NCBI GenBank assembly: GCA_964566105.1
Contig: CAZMHW010000003.1
Span: 1-35,712 of the forward strand
Length of the DNA: 35,712 bases
Source of the DNA: an uncultured Akkermansia sp.
Lineage (GTDB): Bacteria; Bacteroidota; Bacteroidia; B-17B0; Aurantibacillaceae
Reading direction: 5' to 3'
A program made the translations under genes and the position numbers. Below are positions 34,651-35,712 of the stretch, piece after piece; positions within the stretch are counted from its first letter, which is position 1; every line of letters begins with the position of its first letter. The notes beneath the pieces are model-generated. The model saw only the letters and a list, made by a program, of their open reading frames with translations, searched no databases and had not been told where the DNA came from.

Positions 34651-35712
34651 ATGTCAGGAATAGACCTTTCAAAATATACAGAACAACACGTTTTTCAGAA
34701 AACGCCTTCAAAAACCTTGGATGCAGAGGGCTTATCAGGCCTTTTGAATACCGAAATTTCATTTTTTGAAAAGAAATTCGGAGCTAAAGAAAAGGAAGGA
34801 TTTTATTCGGAATTAGGCTTATTACTCTCCACCGGTGTCGATATTAAAACAGCTTTCGAGATCATTGAGGAAGACATCCCCAACAAAAAACACAAATTAC
34901 TTCTGGAACAAATAAAGAACGACATCATCAGCGGGATGCGGATTTATGAAGCAGTTTCAAAACATGAAAAAGTTTTTAGCAAATACGAAGCGCAAAGTAT
35001 TAAGATTGGGGAAGAAACCGGCAAATTAGCGGATGTGCTGAAGGAGCTCGGTTTGTTTTATTTATCAAGCATTAAATTAAGAAGACAAATAATCGGTGTG
35101 ATGACTTACCCGGTGGTGGTTATCAGCATGGCCATTCTGATCGTATATTTTATGCTCTCCTTTGTGGTTCCCATTTTCAGTGATATTTTTACGCAGACCG
35201 GAGGAGAGCTTCCTGAGATCACCCAGTTTCTGATCCGGCTCAGTCACAAAAGTTCGGCCATTTTTTACACACTCTTCTCGCTCATCGGAATTCTGGTGTT
35301 AGTGCACAAAACCCAAAACAAAAAAGAATGGTATCGCAAATACACATCAGCCTTCTTTTTAAAAATACCTGTGATCAATAAACTCATTCAAAAAATTTAC
35401 CTGGCACGATTTTGCCAGAGCATGAAACTGCTCTCAGGAGCAAAGGTGATGATTAACGAAGCACTAGACCTTGTGAAAAATATGATAGAATATTATCCTA
35501 TGGAATTCGCGCTGGAAAGTGTAAAGAACGAAGTGGTAAAAGAAGGAAAACTTTTAAATGAAAGCCTGGCCAGGCACAGCATTTTTCCGAAAAAACTCGT
35601 CGCCCTTATTAAACTCAGTGAAGAAGTGAACGCACCGGAAGTGATCTTCGAAAAATTACACCAGCAGTACTCCGCGGAGATAGAACATCAACAGGCCGTA
35701 GTAGGCAAACTC
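34651..35712 (+). CDS. gspF: Type II secretion system F family / PilC inner-membrane platform protein (3' truncated by the window edge; absent from the ORF track)
   Basis: Own translation from ATG 34651: FYSELGLLLSTGVDI...IKIGEETGKLADVL...MTYPVVV...FVVPIFSDIF...GGELPEITQFL...LARFCQSMKLL. Confidence 0.92.
   Translation, partial: MSGIDLSKYTEQHVFQKTPSKTLDAEGLSGLLNTEISFFEKKFGAKEKEGFYSELGLLLSTGVDIKTAFEIIEEDIPNKKHKLLLEQIKNDIISGMRIYEAVSKHEKVFSKYEAQSIKIGEETGKLADVLKELGLFYLSSIKLRRQIIGVMTYPVVVISMAILIVYFMLSFVVPIFSDIFTQTGGELPEITQFLIRLSHKSSAIFYTLFSLIGILVLVHKTQNKKEWYRKYTSAFFLKIPVINKLIQKIYLARFCQSMKLLSGAKVMINEALDLVKNMIEYYPMEFALESVKNEVVKEGKLLNESLARHSIFPKKLVALIKLSEEVNAPEVIFEKLHQQYSAEIEHQQAVVGKL

Overview
Bacteroidota (Bacteroidetes) genomic window, judged from T9SS C-terminal domains, TAnnTTTG promoters and Gln at +1 after several signal peptides. 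The left third holds an MBL hydrolase, a NarL/LuxR regulator, two apparently damaged histidine kinases, two probable outer-membrane proteins, a large T9SS type-B cargo protein, an FMN reductase and a ferredoxin/U32 pair. The centre (15.0-28.2 kb) is a polymorphic toxin locus: a 1576-aa Sec-signal SpvB-like/YD protein without an RHS core, a small secreted protein, and a 1972-aa Sec-signal RHS protein. The last 146 aa of the RHS protein form a hydrophobic tip followed by a membrane immunity-like gene. Two further start-less tip + immunity cassettes of near-identical length follow, each beginning at an ~18-nt motif (AAAGTGGnGGnGG, encoding SGGG) that also marks the tip in the intact gene, ~250 codons downstream of the DPDG core end. 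The right end starts a T2SS/type IV pilus-like operon (MORN protein, three pilin-like genes, GspF/PilC), whose promoter carries CTATGT-N4-AC..AG boxes similar to those upstream of the RHS operon. Main hypothesis (inference): a co-regulated Sec + T2SS-like export route for a two-piece RHS toxin with micro-homology tip swapping.
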